From: Candidatus Babeliales bacterium
GTDB taxonomy: Bacteria > Babelota > Babeliae > Babelales > JBFXEV01
Length of the DNA: 64,000 nucleotides
Reading direction: 5' to 3'
Assembly: GCA_050179755.1 (NCBI GenBank)
Contig: JBFXEV010000001.1
Span: forward strand, 1,061,940 to 1,125,939
The position numbers were made by a program, and so were the translations under genes. This document shows, piece after piece, positions 28,026 through 37,598 of the stretch (position 1 is its first letter; the number at the start of each line of letters is the position of its first letter). The notes below the pieces were generated by a model, which was given only the letters and a program-made list of their open reading frames with translations, had not been told where the DNA came from and made no database searches.

Positions 28026-28748
28026 TTATGTGGCTTTACTCTGCAGCCCAGGTTCAAGGCGCAAAGTATAGCCTTGCGCAGATTTCGCCAGAGGCTTCCA
28101 TTCAAGCAAATTAGGCGTATTAAGCATAATGGTTATAGCATCGTCTTCTGGTGAGGACGTGAGAAGGACTGGCTCCTCTGATGCTGCATGTTGTTTGAGC
28201 ATATTTTGAAGAATAGACACGATGTTTTTACCCTCACGCGCATTGGTGAGCAGATAAAGTTCGCGTTTCAATTTTAAGGTGAATGAAAAATTGAGCGTAA
28301 TATATTCATTCATACTTAATTCGCTGCAAAGAATATAGGCAACGTCACTTTTGGTAAGATGTGCTAATTGATTTTGCTTGGGACAATTTGGCAGTAGCGT
28401 GCATAGCTGTTCATATTGTGCAATGGTAAAGTAGAAAATACCTCCATTAAGGCTATAAGGGTATTTAAGATCATAACCATAAACAATAGTGCCAAAAGTG
28501 TCAGCGTCGCAGTGATCGTAATTATATTTTTTGAGTCTTGCATAATCAGGAAGTATAACTACATAATCACCAGCATTTTTTATACAAATGAGTGCATAGC
28601 AGCAGGGGCAATCTTCATCGTCAGAAACGGTATACACTTGCCCTGCTAGTACGCCAATTGAATTAATAAAGTCTTTATCATTCAAAAAAATAACAGGAGA
28701 GCGCTCATGAGCAAGTTGTTTTTTCTCAATTTTGAATATGGGTGTCAT
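28026..28748 (-). CDS. Hypothetical protein, last gene of the argR/ABC operon
   Basis: The ATG at 28748 has AGGAAG upstream and lies 10 nt after the ABC ATPase stop. Confidence 0.45.
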   Translation of the reverse strand: MTPIFKIEKKQLAHERSPVIFLNDKDFINSIGVLAGQVYTVSDDEDCPCCYALICIKNAGDYVVILPDYARLKKYNYDHCDADTFGTIVYGYDLKYPYSLNGGIFYFTIAQYEQLCTLLPNCPKQNQLAHLTKSDVAYILCSELSMNEYITLNFSFTLKLKRELYLLTNAREGKNIVSILQNMLKQHAASEEPVLLTSSPEDDAITIMLNTPNLLEWKPLAKSAQGYTLRLEPGLQSKAT

Positions 28749-28758
28749 GAGTCTTCCT

Positions 28759-29496
28759 TTATGCTTGAGGAATGGATCTTTGCTTACCAGCAATAAATTG
28801 TGCAATTTGTGGATATTGTTGCGGATTATTGAACAATGCGTGTTGAGGCGCTGATTCTATAATAGCACCGTTTTCCATTAAATGAATAGTTGCCGTTTTC
28901 AGGTGATTGACTAATGACGTATCATGCGTGGTTATAAGCACGGTAACACCATGCTGTGCAAGTTCCATAATGGTTTGTGCAACATGTGCGGTCAGCACAG
29001 GATCAAGTGCCGACGTAGGCTCATCAAGGCACAAAATGCGCGGCTTGAGCGCAAGCATACGCGCAAGAGCAAGCCGTTGTTTTTGCCCTCCGGAAAGATC
29101 TTGGGGATACATATGCGCTTTATCGGCAAGATCATACTGAGCAAGAAGAGCTTTTGCCTGTTCTTCTGCTTCTTGTTTTGCAACGCCTTGCACCTTTTCT
29201 AATGCGAGCGTGATGTTTTGGAGCGCACTCAAATGATCAAATAAATGAAATTGCTGAAACACCATCCCAATGATATGCGTGTTTGTTATGGTATCTTGAT
29301 TAAGTGGTTTGCCGTCAAACGTTATGGTGCCTGCGTCATACGTTTCTAAATTATTTAAAATGCGTAGCAACGTTGATTTGCCTACGCCAGATGATCCTAA
29401 AAGAATTGCAATCTCTCCTTGCGTGACGGTAAGCGATACGTTATTAAGAATCTTTTTTTTTCCAAACGCTTTGGAAAGATTAGTGATCGTAAGCAT
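28759..29496 (-). CDS. Polar amino-acid ABC transporter ATP-binding protein
   Basis: Walker A GSSGVGKST, signature LSGGQKQR and Walker B ILCLDEPTSALD. Confidence 0.85.
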   Translation of the reverse strand: MLTITNLSKAFGKKKILNNVSLTVTQGEIAILLGSSGVGKSTLLRILNNLETYDAGTITFDGKPLNQDTITNTHIIGMVFQQFHLFDHLSALQNITLALEKVQGVAKQEAEEQAKALLAQYDLADKAHMYPQDLSGGQKQRLALARMLALKPRILCLDEPTSALDPVLTAHVAQTIMELAQHGVTVLITTHDTSLVNHLKTATIHLMENGAIIESAPQHALFNNPQQYPQIAQFIAGKQRSIPQA

Positions 29497-30139
29497 AATG
29501 CATTTTCCTTGCTGCATACGATGCAGCAATTGATAAGAGGGTTGTTATTAGTAAATATATACATGCCATAGCGATATACACCGGTATTGGCTGATAAGTA
29601 ACGCTTATTATTCGTGAGCTTGATTTAAACAGTTCTACCACCCCGATAGTAGATGCCAGGCTTGAATCTTTAATGAGCGTAATGCTTTCATTAAGGAGTG
29701 CGGGAATTACCACGCGTAATGCTTGGGGCAGAATGATATACCGCATTGTTTGCGTTTTGGTAAAGCCTAAAACATGCGCTGCCTGCCATTGCCCTTTGTC
29801 AATCGATTGAATGCCACTCTTTATAATTTGGCTAATGTAGGCGGCGCTATTAAGACTTATTGCAAGAACGGCGCAAGTAAAAGCGGAAAGAGTAATGCCC
29901 AGCTGCGGGAGCAGTAAATAAATGCATGAAATTTGAATAAGCATTGGCGTGCCACGAAAAAGTGTTACATACAATGTAATAAGCGGATGCAAGAATTTAT
30001 TTGTTAGTGTGTGTAATGCGCCAAGTATGGTGCCACCAATAAAGCCAAACGTTGTTGAAAGCGCTGCAATTTTAAGTGTTGTAATGGTGCCTTCAATAAG
30101 TTGAGGGAGTATGGTAGTGATAAAAGAACTATCTATCAT
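29480..30139 (-). CDS. Polar amino-acid ABC transporter permease
   Basis: His/Glu/Gln/Arg-type permease layout with an EAA-like loop. The start shares an ATGA overlap with the binding-protein stop. Confidence 0.8.
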   Translation of the reverse strand: MIDSSFITTILPQLIEGTITTLKIAALSTTFGFIGGTILGALHTLTNKFLHPLITLYVTLFRGTPMLIQISCIYLLLPQLGITLSAFTCAVLAISLNSAAYISQIIKSGIQSIDKGQWQAAHVLGFTKTQTMRYIILPQALRVVIPALLNESITLIKDSSLASTIGVVELFKSSSRIISVTYQPIPVYIAMACIYLLITTLLSIAASYAARKMHYAYDH

Positions 30140-30891
30140 GAAAGCCCCCATTTTTTTGCAAGTTTTGAGATGGTGCCATCAGCAAACAAAGCATTGAGTT
30201 GTTGTTGAAGATCATGATGTAACTCAGGATATTTTTTTGAAACTGCAAGAGCTGCTGTATCTTCTGTATTTGGTATGTTGGTTACTAACCATTGTTCTTT
30301 GCCATGGAGAGCAAAAAATGGTTGCACAGAAGATGCTGCAGAAACAAAAGCGTCTGCTCGCCCACTATTCAATGTTAAAAATGCATCAGCTACGGATGGT
30401 AATCGCACGATATGGATATCATCTAGCGTTGAAATAAATGAATCGGCCGTAAACCCTTCATTTACAATAACTGTTTTTCCTTTGAGATTATTAAGTGACG
30501 TAACGCCTGAGCCTTGTGGTGTGATAAGTACTAATGGATCGCCGCTGTGATGCGGCGCTAAAAACAAGACATGCTGTGCGCGCTGTGCAGTGGGCGACAT
30601 TCCTGCAGCAATAACGTGAATGCTTCCCATTTGTAATTCAGGCAGCAGCGTGGTAAACGCCATATCTTTGAGAACTACTTTTTTGCCCATGCGCTGTGCA
30701 AGCTCGCGCACAAGATCAATATCAAAGCCAGTGATGTTGCCATCTTTTACGAAGCTATAGGGTTGATATTCAGCATTAGTGCCTACAATGAGCGTGTTAT
30801 GCATATCTAATGCTTCTTTTTTAAAATAATTCATCATTAAAGCTGCCGATAGTGCGGCAAGCACGAGTGGGGTTACGTATTTAAGCTGCAT
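30136..30891 (-). CDS. Amino-acid ABC transporter substrate-binding protein (family 3, Arg/His-type)
   Basis: Signal peptide, then YQPYSF...GFDIDL, typical of SBP_bac_3. Confidence 0.8.
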   Translation of the reverse strand: MQLKYVTPLVLAALSAALMMNYFKKEALDMHNTLIVGTNAEYQPYSFVKDGNITGFDIDLVRELAQRMGKKVVLKDMAFTTLLPELQMGSIHVIAAGMSPTAQRAQHVLFLAPHHSGDPLVLITPQGSGVTSLNNLKGKTVIVNEGFTADSFISTLDDIHIVRLPSVADAFLTLNSGRADAFVSAASSVQPFFALHGKEQWLVTNIPNTEDTAALAVSKKYPELHHDLQQQLNALFADGTISKLAKKWGLS

Positions 30892-30893
30892 GA

Positions 30894-31367
30894 TTAATCC
30901 TTAATTTGTTTAATGAGTAATAATTTACATACTTGATCATAAACTTTTGCTATCTCTTTAATGCTGTTTGGTGTTACAAACACCACATTTTCTCCGGCGA
31001 GCGTGCCAAGTATGTTAATGGTAGTGCCGTGTGCATCAAGATAATCACCTACAAAATCGGCAAGGCCAGCTAACGTATGCACTACAATGAGTGTTTCATT
31101 GTGCACCACTTTGGTGATGGCAAGGCGCAAAATTTCTTTTGCAGGGTCAGTTTTTTCCTCTGGTAGTTCGTAAATTAATTTATTTTCTATCGGTGTTTTG
31201 GTGACTCCCAATTTATGTAACTCGCGGGAAACAATTGTCTGATTGGTATCTATGCCATATTTAAGCCTAAGCAACTCTATGAGCTTATGCTGATCGGTAA
31301 TCTCATACGTTTGAATGAGTTCTTTTATGGCCTTTTGGCGTTCGGTTAATTTGATTTCTTGTTTCAT
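30894..31367 (-). CDS. argR: Arginine repressor
   Basis: N-terminal wHTH with QTIVSRELHKLGV. C-terminal oligomerisation domain with GTLAGENVVFV. Confidence 0.8.
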   Translation of the reverse strand: MKQEIKLTERQKAIKELIQTYEITDQHKLIELLRLKYGIDTNQTIVSRELHKLGVTKTPIENKLIYELPEEKTDPAKEILRLAITKVVHNETLIVVHTLAGLADFVGDYLDAHGTTINILGTLAGENVVFVTPNSIKEIAKVYDQVCKLLLIKQIKD

Positions 31368-31577
31368 ATTGATTGCCTTTCTTCCACTTTTGATAAATAC
31401 GGCAATTTCCGCATTGTAGTGTGAATGTTGCGTAGTATAACCCCTCGCAATTCACTTTCTGTCCACGGGCCACGAGAGAGAAATTTTTGTACTAACATCA
31501 TATGATCCTCTACTATACACAGGATTAATTTTTCAGTGATTAGTTTGCCCACATCTCTACCAAAACTTTTTCGGTTA

Positions 31578-31889
31578 TTAAAGATAATGAAGCATGGAAT
31601 AATATGTTGTACTTCTGCGGGGACACACCGTTGTTGCTAGTACTTTGCGTGTATGCCAGTGTATTCCTATGTTTGTAGTAATTGCTAATAAAGAATCATT
31701 ATTGGCAGAATTGCTTGAGAGCGCAGTGCTCAGAGCATCAGGACGTTCTTCAATAAGTGCTTGTATTTCATTATAGGCGTTTGCTTTAACTGCTTGTGTG
31801 AGAGCACAGGTAGTGCTCTTCATAGCATTAATTATGCACACTTGAAGGCCAATTAAGGTGGCAAAAGCCAATAAAAGTAATTTTTCCAT
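31578..31889 (-). CDS. Hypothetical small secreted protein
   Basis: ORF with a signal peptide. Confidence 0.35.
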   Translation of the reverse strand: MEKLLLLAFATLIGLQVCIINAMKSTTCALTQAVKANAYNEIQALIEERPDALSTALSSNSANNDSLLAITTNIGIHWHTRKVLATTVCPRRSTTYYSMLHYL

Positions 31890-32027
31890 GAGTTTTTCTC
31901 TGTAAATGAATAAATATTATCTTCTACTTAGAATAATAATTCATTTTGCGTTAAAAGTCAAGTAATAAGTGTTGATTGTGAGGAGAAGCCCAGTAATCAG
32001 GGCATTACTAGGCTCACAAAAGGTGCT

Positions 32028-32957
32028 CTAAGGCTTAGATTGCATTTTTGGTGATGTGGCGATCATTTTATGTATCGTTTGTAAAATAGTAATTTCTAAT
32101 TCTTTGGCGGCAACTTGCGGGAGCAATTTTTTGCCTAATGTTATCTTACTTTTCATTATTGCAGGAATTAATTGTGTGGCAATCAGTAAGGCAACATCTT
32201 TACCAAAGATAGTTTTCTTGCCTGGATCATTACAGGGGTTAGTTAAACTAATGAGTGCCGGAATAATATGCTTAATTTCTTGTGGAGCTAGTGTTGTTGC
32301 TAATGCTTTTCTAGTACGTTGGCTTCGCTTTGAGGAAATTTCCAGTAAAGTAGTGCCCGTGGCATCGGCAGTGTTTATATCAGCGCCAGCTTCAATGAGT
32401 ATTGGAATCGCTTGCCATACGTCTTTTTTTACTGCTAAAAATAAGGGTGTTTCACCGCATCCGTTTGGTGTGTTTACGCGCGCTCCAGAGTTTATGAGTG
32501 TTTTTATGCCAGAAAGAGCACATACTCGCACGGCAGCGTGTAATGGCGTATTAAGCCTTTGATCTTGCGCATTGGGATCAGCACCCCACGCAATTAATAT
32601 TTGTGGCGTGATTGGACTGGTAGTTGTTTTGCTAGGTGCACTATAAAATGCATAGTGTAAAGGTGTTGCTCCGCGTAAATCACGAATAGTTGGCTTTGCC
32701 CCTGCATCTAAAAGACATTGTGTCTTTACACTATCATTATTGCGGGCTGATTCAAATAATGAGTTATCCATCAGCCGTCGCTCCTCTGGAGCTTCCGCTA
32801 CGCCTAAGCTAGAGCATGTCCAGATGGCGTAATTGGTATCACGACGTCCTTCGACAAGCTCAGGATGAGCGGATTTTGGCGAAGTCTGATTCATTGCCTT
32901 AACTTGCCCTGACAAAATGTAGGCAAGAATGGCTGCTAATTGAAAAAATGGTTTCAT
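32028..32957 (-). CDS. Ankyrin-repeat protein with signal peptide, carrying a repeat-derived insert
   Basis: ANK motifs (GATPLHYA, NTPLHAAV, GETPLFLAV). Residues SAHPELVEGRRD...AEAPEERR are encoded by a dispersed GC-rich repeat. Confidence 0.8.
   Translation of the reverse strand: MKPFFQLAAILAYILSGQVKAMNQTSPKSAHPELVEGRRDTNYAIWTCSSLGVAEAPEERRLMDNSLFESARNNDSVKTQCLLDAGAKPTIRDLRGATPLHYAFYSAPSKTTTSPITPQILIAWGADPNAQDQRLNTPLHAAVRVCALSGIKTLINSGARVNTPNGCGETPLFLAVKKDVWQAIPILIEAGADINTADATGTTLLEISSKRSQRTRKALATTLAPQEIKHIIPALISLTNPCNDPGKKTIFGKDVALLIATQLIPAIMKSKITLGKKLLPQVAAKELEITILQTIHKMIATSPKMQSKP
32770..32880. repeat. GC-rich dispersed repeat copy embedded in-frame in the ankyrin ORF
   Basis: 32847-32872 is the reverse complement of the 26-mer at 3054-3079 (25/26). 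The block is GC-rich in an AT-rich gene. Confidence 0.55.
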
Positions 32958-33038
32958 GAATTATTAATTTCTCTGTTAATTAAGATATTCCGTGCTATTG
33001 TATTGCAGTTTTGTAAGTGAAGTAGTTATGATGCATCA

Positions 33039-33737
33039 TCATTCAATAAATTGTGTAATCTTTGAACAAATATTCAGCGTTTCTTTGCTTGCGCAATATT
33101 CAGTAATCTTGCCACGTTCAAGATAATACACCCGGTCAATAACTTGGCGTATAAAACTTGTGTCTTGGCTTGAAAGACCAATAGCAATTCCTTGTGTTGC
33201 CAAATTTTGCAAAATGCTCACTAAAATAGTGGTGTTTTCAGGATCAAGTGATGCGGTGGGTTCGTCGAGCAATAAAACTCTTGGATTCAAGCATAATGCT
33301 CGTGCAATGGCAACGCGTTGCTGCTGACCGCCAGAAAGTTCTTGCGGATATTTTTGCGCATATTCTTGCATGCCAAGTTGTTGCAAAGTATCATGTGCAC
33401 GTTTTTCGGCTTCTGGCGTGGCTACGCCTTGCACGAATAATGGGTCACTGCAATTTTGCAGGGCCGTTAAGTGTGGGAACAAATTAAAATCTTGGAATAC
33501 AAAACCAATCTGTTGTGAGCGTTCTTTTGCAGAAAGTGAACTTAATTGCTTGTTGTTAATTGTAATGCTTCCACGAGTTGTGGTGATAAGCCCTGCAAGG
33601 GCTTTTAGTAACGTTGTTTTGCCCGCACCACTTTTACCAATACATGCGGTAATGCGCCCTGGCTCTAGTGCACATGACGCTTCAGAAAGTATTGTTTGAT
33701 TGTTTATGAGTAACGTAATGTTATTAGCGATAACCAT
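33039..33737 (-). CDS. Amino-acid ABC transporter ATP-binding protein
   Basis: Walker A GKSGAGKTT, LSGGQQQR and LLLDEPTASLD. Confidence 0.85.
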   Translation of the reverse strand: MVIANNITLLINNQTILSEASCALEPGRITACIGKSGAGKTTLLKALAGLITTTRGSITINNKQLSSLSAKERSQQIGFVFQDFNLFPHLTALQNCSDPLFVQGVATPEAEKRAHDTLQQLGMQEYAQKYPQELSGGQQQRVAIARALCLNPRVLLLDEPTASLDPENTTILVSILQNLATQGIAIGLSSQDTSFIRQVIDRVYYLERGKITEYCASKETLNICSKITQFIE

Positions 33738-34392
33738 ATGATGTCCTTTGTTCAGTGTAAACTAAAGCGCCTTGGAGCACTGCAGAAAGTAGTAAGTACA
33801 GACAAGCAATTAAAATATAAACGGGCACGGGGTTAAGTTCCCGCGAAATAATATTCATACCAGCACGCGTTAGATCCATCACGCCAATTGCTGCAAAGAG
33901 AGCAGTGCTTTTTAGTATTTGTTCACCTTCACCAAAAAGTGCTGGCGCAATGGTGCGTATCGTTTGTGGCAAGATAATGCGTTTGAGCGTCGGTAATAAT
34001 GGATAGCCAAGTACGCTGCATGCTTGCCATTGCCCTTTGGGGACGGCATTTATGCCAGAGCGAATAATTTCAGTAACATAGCCGCTTGAACAAAAAGCAA
34101 GTGCGCCAGATGCCGCTATAAATCCGGATAGATTAATGCCAAGGAGCGCAGGTAGCGCAAAGTATGCAATAAGAATTTGCACGTAGGCAGGAATACCTTT
34201 TGCAATAAACGTGTAGATCCTTATGCACGTTTGCAGTCGTTTATATGCCAAGTATCTGCAGCTTACAATGCCAAATATGGTGCCGATGCTGATGCTAATA
34301 AGTGCCACTAATAGCCAGGCTGCAACAGTTGTTGCAGCGCCAGTCATAAGTAATGATGTATAAGGAGCTATACTTTGCATGAGATTCCCCAT
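33724..34392 (-). CDS. Amino-acid ABC transporter permease
   Basis: Paralog of 29480-30139. The start could be the ATG at 34380. Confidence 0.8.
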   Translation of the reverse strand: MGNLMQSIAPYTSLLMTGAATTVAAWLLVALISISIGTIFGIVSCRYLAYKRLQTCIRIYTFIAKGIPAYVQILIAYFALPALLGINLSGFIAASGALAFCSSGYVTEIIRSGINAVPKGQWQACSVLGYPLLPTLKRIILPQTIRTIAPALFGEGEQILKSTALFAAIGVMDLTRAGMNIISRELNPVPVYILIACLYLLLSAVLQGALVYTEQRTSYGYR

Positions 34393-35159
34393 TTTAGTTC
34401 AAAGGCCCGTAACATGCCCTGATTTTGTAACTGAGCAATGGCATCGGTTATTTGCTGTATGAGCTTTTTGTTTTCTTTCTTGATGGCAATACCGGTTCCC
34501 ATTACTTGAAATTCTTCTGCAAGAGGGACTTCAAGAATTTTGGTTTCAGGAAACCTGTTTTTAAACTTTGCAGCAATTGCCGGTTCCACGAGCGCAGCTT
34601 GTGCTTTGCCATATTGAATCATGAGTAACGCATCATCAACGCGTTCAGTGCTGAGCTTTGTGATATTTGGATATGTGTTGAGCACAGCTTCTTGTGATGA
34701 AGCAGGCTCCACACATATGGTCATGCCATTCATATCAGCAATGCTTGTAATGCCTTGTGGTATCTCTTTCCAAAATAGAAGTGAATAAGCGTTTACATCA
34801 TCACCTTGATAGCGCACCATGGCAACTTTTTCAAGTCGTGCTTTGGTGATAGATAATCCCCAAATTATTGCATCAATGCTGCCTTGTTCAAGTGCAATAA
34901 AAAGTGGCGCCATAGAACCTAGATCTTTGAGCACTAATGTTTTGCCCATTTGCTGTGCAAGAGCATTGGCCACATCAATATCAAAGCCTTCGTAATCGCC
35001 TTGCGCGTTTACGCTTACAAAGGGTGCATAATTACCCACGGTGCCAACAACAAAAACATCACCTTGCGATGATGGTAATGTTGCTTTTTTAAATAGCAGA
35101 TAACTACCAATTAAAGAAATAAATGCCACAAAAAGCATTATATTTGTTTTATAGTTCAT
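34368..35159 (-). CDS. Amino-acid ABC transporter substrate-binding protein (family 3)
   Basis: Signal/anchor, then YAPFVSV...GFDIDV. Confidence 0.8.
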   Translation of the reverse strand: MNYKTNIMLFVAFISLIGSYLLFKKATLPSSQGDVFVVGTVGNYAPFVSVNAQGDYEGFDIDVANALAQQMGKTLVLKDLGSMAPLFIALEQGSIDAIIWGLSITKARLEKVAMVRYQGDDVNAYSLLFWKEIPQGITSIADMNGMTICVEPASSQEAVLNTYPNITKLSTERVDDALLMIQYGKAQAALVEPAIAAKFKNRFPETKILEVPLAEEFQVMGTGIAIKKENKKLIQQITDAIAQLQNQGMLRAFELKWGISCKV

Positions 35160-35499
35160 AATAAATCCTCTAGTGATATTTGCTCTAAAAGAGTTTACGC
35201 AAATAAAACTAACTACAATGTGCGTATTAAAATTAAAATTAAGTTAAATAAAGTGAGATAAGATGACTTATCCCGAATGAGTTCCATTGGAACGAAATGA
35301 GGGATTAATGATGATGTGGATGAGAGAAAGAAGAAATAGAGATAGAGAACGCAGAGAATGCGCTTGAAATTTGATTGCGGGAAAGAGGGTTGTTTTGAGT
35401 AGGTATCATGATTACTCCTTTGATTACCTAACGGAATTATACTGTACAGTAGTTACTATAATAAATAAACTTCTATTTGTCAATCTCATAAATTGTTTT

Positions 35500-35531
35500 A
35501 GAAAAGGCGAATGTCATTTTGTGCATTCGCC
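35500..35531 (-). terminator. Rho-independent terminator
   Basis: GGCGAATG/CATTCGCC 8-bp stem followed on the minus strand by TTTTCT. Lies just after the stop of 35553-35807. Confidence 0.6.
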
Positions 35532-35552
35532 CATTCAGATAATAATTATAGA

Positions 35553-35807
35553 TTAGCCTTCAGCAGGTGGATTTGAGTCTGAGTTGTCTCGTGGCTTTGG
35601 CTTAAAAAACTTACTTAAGCTCGGGCGGGGGTGATAATGATTGGGGGTCATGTTGCCTTGATTTTGCATAGTTGATTTACCAACAACATAACCAACTACT
35701 AAGCCACTCATGCCTAATGCCGCAGCAGTTTTCTTGGGTCCGCCAGCGTTTGCTGCTAAGGTAACAAGCGAGCTTGCAAGAATTATTGTTTTGAATATGA
35801 GATTCAT
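35553..35807 (-). CDS. Small secreted/membrane protein (Gly-rich helix)
   Basis: Signal peptide followed by GMSGLVVGYVVG. Confidence 0.45.
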   Translation of the reverse strand: MNLIFKTIILASSLVTLAANAGGPKKTAAALGMSGLVVGYVVGKSTMQNQGNMTPNHYHPRPSLSKFFKPKPRDNSDSNPPAEG

Positions 35808-35851
35808 GAAAATGTTCCTTTCTATAAGGTGTTGTACGATATGCTTGTTTT

Positions 35852-37273
35852 TTAAGTCAATTTTTGGTCATTAAATTTACAACGCGCAGATTTAAAGCCC
35901 TCTTGATATTCAGGACGCTTGTTTTCTAAATACTTAAAGAGCATTACAGTTGCGCAGGTAGCTGCGCCAAATATGAGCGTGCCTTTACCGAAAAATGAAA
36001 AGCATTTCCAGGCGAAAATGGCCTTCTTTGGTGTTGGTATTTTGTGCATTTGGGGTGCATATTTAATCAGGTCTGCTGTGGCAAGCAAAACAACGCTCAG
36101 GCAAGTTGAACCTACATAAAATGATCCAGCTGCAGTATAAGCAAGCACATCTTGAACCTTTTCGCTGACAATTGCTTTTTTTATAGTGCCTGTTGCTCTC
36201 TGAAAGTGAGTAGGAGTTATTGCATTTTTTATTTTTGTTATTTCTTCTTTACTCAAACGATTGCAGCTTAAATCAATTTTAATATTTTCAATGTTAGAAA
36301 ACGTACCATTTTCAATTTTTTCAATTTCATTGCTATGTAGTATAAGACCAAAGCCTGCAGGCATCTTTTTGAAGTCAATTCTTCTCAAGTAACGCATTTT
36401 ATTATTTGCAAGATTAAGGCATTGTAAATTAGGAAAAATGGCAAGTAATTGTGGCAAGTTAACTCTCGTTAATTGATTATCATGCAAATCAAGAAGCGTT
36501 ACTTCTTGCGGATTAACAACGGATGTAACTTTTTGAATATCAAATAGGCTAGTAAGTCCTTTACCTGCAAGAATAAGTGCTTTATGTTGGCCCTTTAATG
36601 TTATATGCCAGTGATTTGGAAGTTTTACCGTGCAATTTGATGTAATATCATCAGTACCTATTATTTCTTGAGCAATTAACTTCTCAATTTGTTTACTATA
36701 TCGTGCAAATAATTCATAGGTACTCATATCTTCTTTAATATTTTCAACTAGCAAGTTGTAATAATTACAAAGGGCGTGCATGAGAGTTGGTTTTATGGCC
36801 AAATATTCTGCGGTGTGTAATAGAGTGCGCGCTGTCTCGGGGCTTTGTAAACTTATTTCTTTGGGGTTGTGCACGCACTCAAAAAGTACAGTAAGAGTAG
36901 GCGCTGTTAAATCAATTGCGGGATTATCGTAAATATCTTTTTGTGTGTTAGGTGTTGCAAATGAGAGTGCGCAATCACGGTGTGTTTTAAATTGCTTTTT
37001 TAGTATACTTTTGATGAATTCGCTTTTTTGCGCTAATTTTGGTTCAATTTCAATAATTTGGTTGTCTGCGCATTTGATTCGTATGTTTGGATTATCAAAT
37101 CCAAATGTGGTTGGAACAACGCGAGTACCTATTGCAAATGGATTTTTGCCCTGGCCATATTTTTTTTCAAATACGCGCTTCAAGGCAGTAAGATTTGGGT
37201 GTTGCTCCATAGCTTGTATAATGCCTGTACAAAGCAAAAGAGTACTTATAATGGCTCGTAATGTTTTTTTCAT
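35852..37273 (-). CDS. Eukaryote-like effector candidate: Skp1/BTB-POZ-like domain + leucine-rich repeats + C-terminal TM helices
   Basis: The ATG at 37273 has an AGGAG SD. IRIKCADNQIIEIEPKLAQKSEFIKSILKK and LLHTAEYLAIKPTLMHALC fit the Skp1/BTB pattern. LRRs include LDLHDNQLTRV and NLQCLNLANNKM. Two C-terminal hydrophobic helices. Confidence 0.6.
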   Translation of the reverse strand: MKKTLRAIISTLLLCTGIIQAMEQHPNLTALKRVFEKKYGQGKNPFAIGTRVVPTTFGFDNPNIRIKCADNQIIEIEPKLAQKSEFIKSILKKQFKTHRDCALSFATPNTQKDIYDNPAIDLTAPTLTVLFECVHNPKEISLQSPETARTLLHTAEYLAIKPTLMHALCNYYNLLVENIKEDMSTYELFARYSKQIEKLIAQEIIGTDDITSNCTVKLPNHWHITLKGQHKALILAGKGLTSLFDIQKVTSVVNPQEVTLLDLHDNQLTRVNLPQLLAIFPNLQCLNLANNKMRYLRRIDFKKMPAGFGLILHSNEIEKIENGTFSNIENIKIDLSCNRLSKEEITKIKNAITPTHFQRATGTIKKAIVSEKVQDVLAYTAAGSFYVGSTCLSVVLLATADLIKYAPQMHKIPTPKKAIFAWKCFSFFGKGTLIFGAATCATVMLFKYLENKRPEYQEGFKSARCKFNDQKLT

Positions 37274-37598
37274 AATACTCCTATATGGCTTCTGTAAAAC
37301 CAAATATTATATTTCTAATTGTATATTAAATTTAATATTTGTCAAGCGGATTTGGTGGGTTAATAGGCGCATTAATGCAGGCTTGACAAGCAGATTTTAA
37401 GCGCAGCGGCTTAAGTTGCTTTTTCTTATAGGTTGCCAGACCTGCTAGAGCAGTTTAAGAGCCTTTACAAAGGGCATTTTTTGGGCAATACTTAACTATA
37501 TTTATATCATATAAACCTGTTCCTTCTTTAATCTGAAAGCTGATCTTGGTATTGACCCAGGGGGCCTATGGCAGAGGAACTTTCAAAGGATACACACC

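Noticed and set aside
28907-29533. Several 60-90-aa plus-strand ORFs inside the ABC ATPase gene (and similar ones at 33248-33699)
   Set aside because: They are antisense to genes with unambiguous Walker A/B and signature motifs, and have no independent support.
31368-31577. ARG box upstream of argR, and the 62-aa ORF at 31364-31552
   Set aside because: A GTGAATGTTGCG...CGCAATTCAC inverted repeat exists, but its TGAAT/ATTCA halves are ~24 nt apart rather than the 4-nt spacing of ARG boxes. The small GTG-start ORF has no SD and no recognisable features.
32056-32562. 168-aa plus-strand ORF opposite the ankyrin gene
   Set aside because: The minus-strand frame shows canonical ANK repeats and a signal peptide. 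The antisense ORF has no features.
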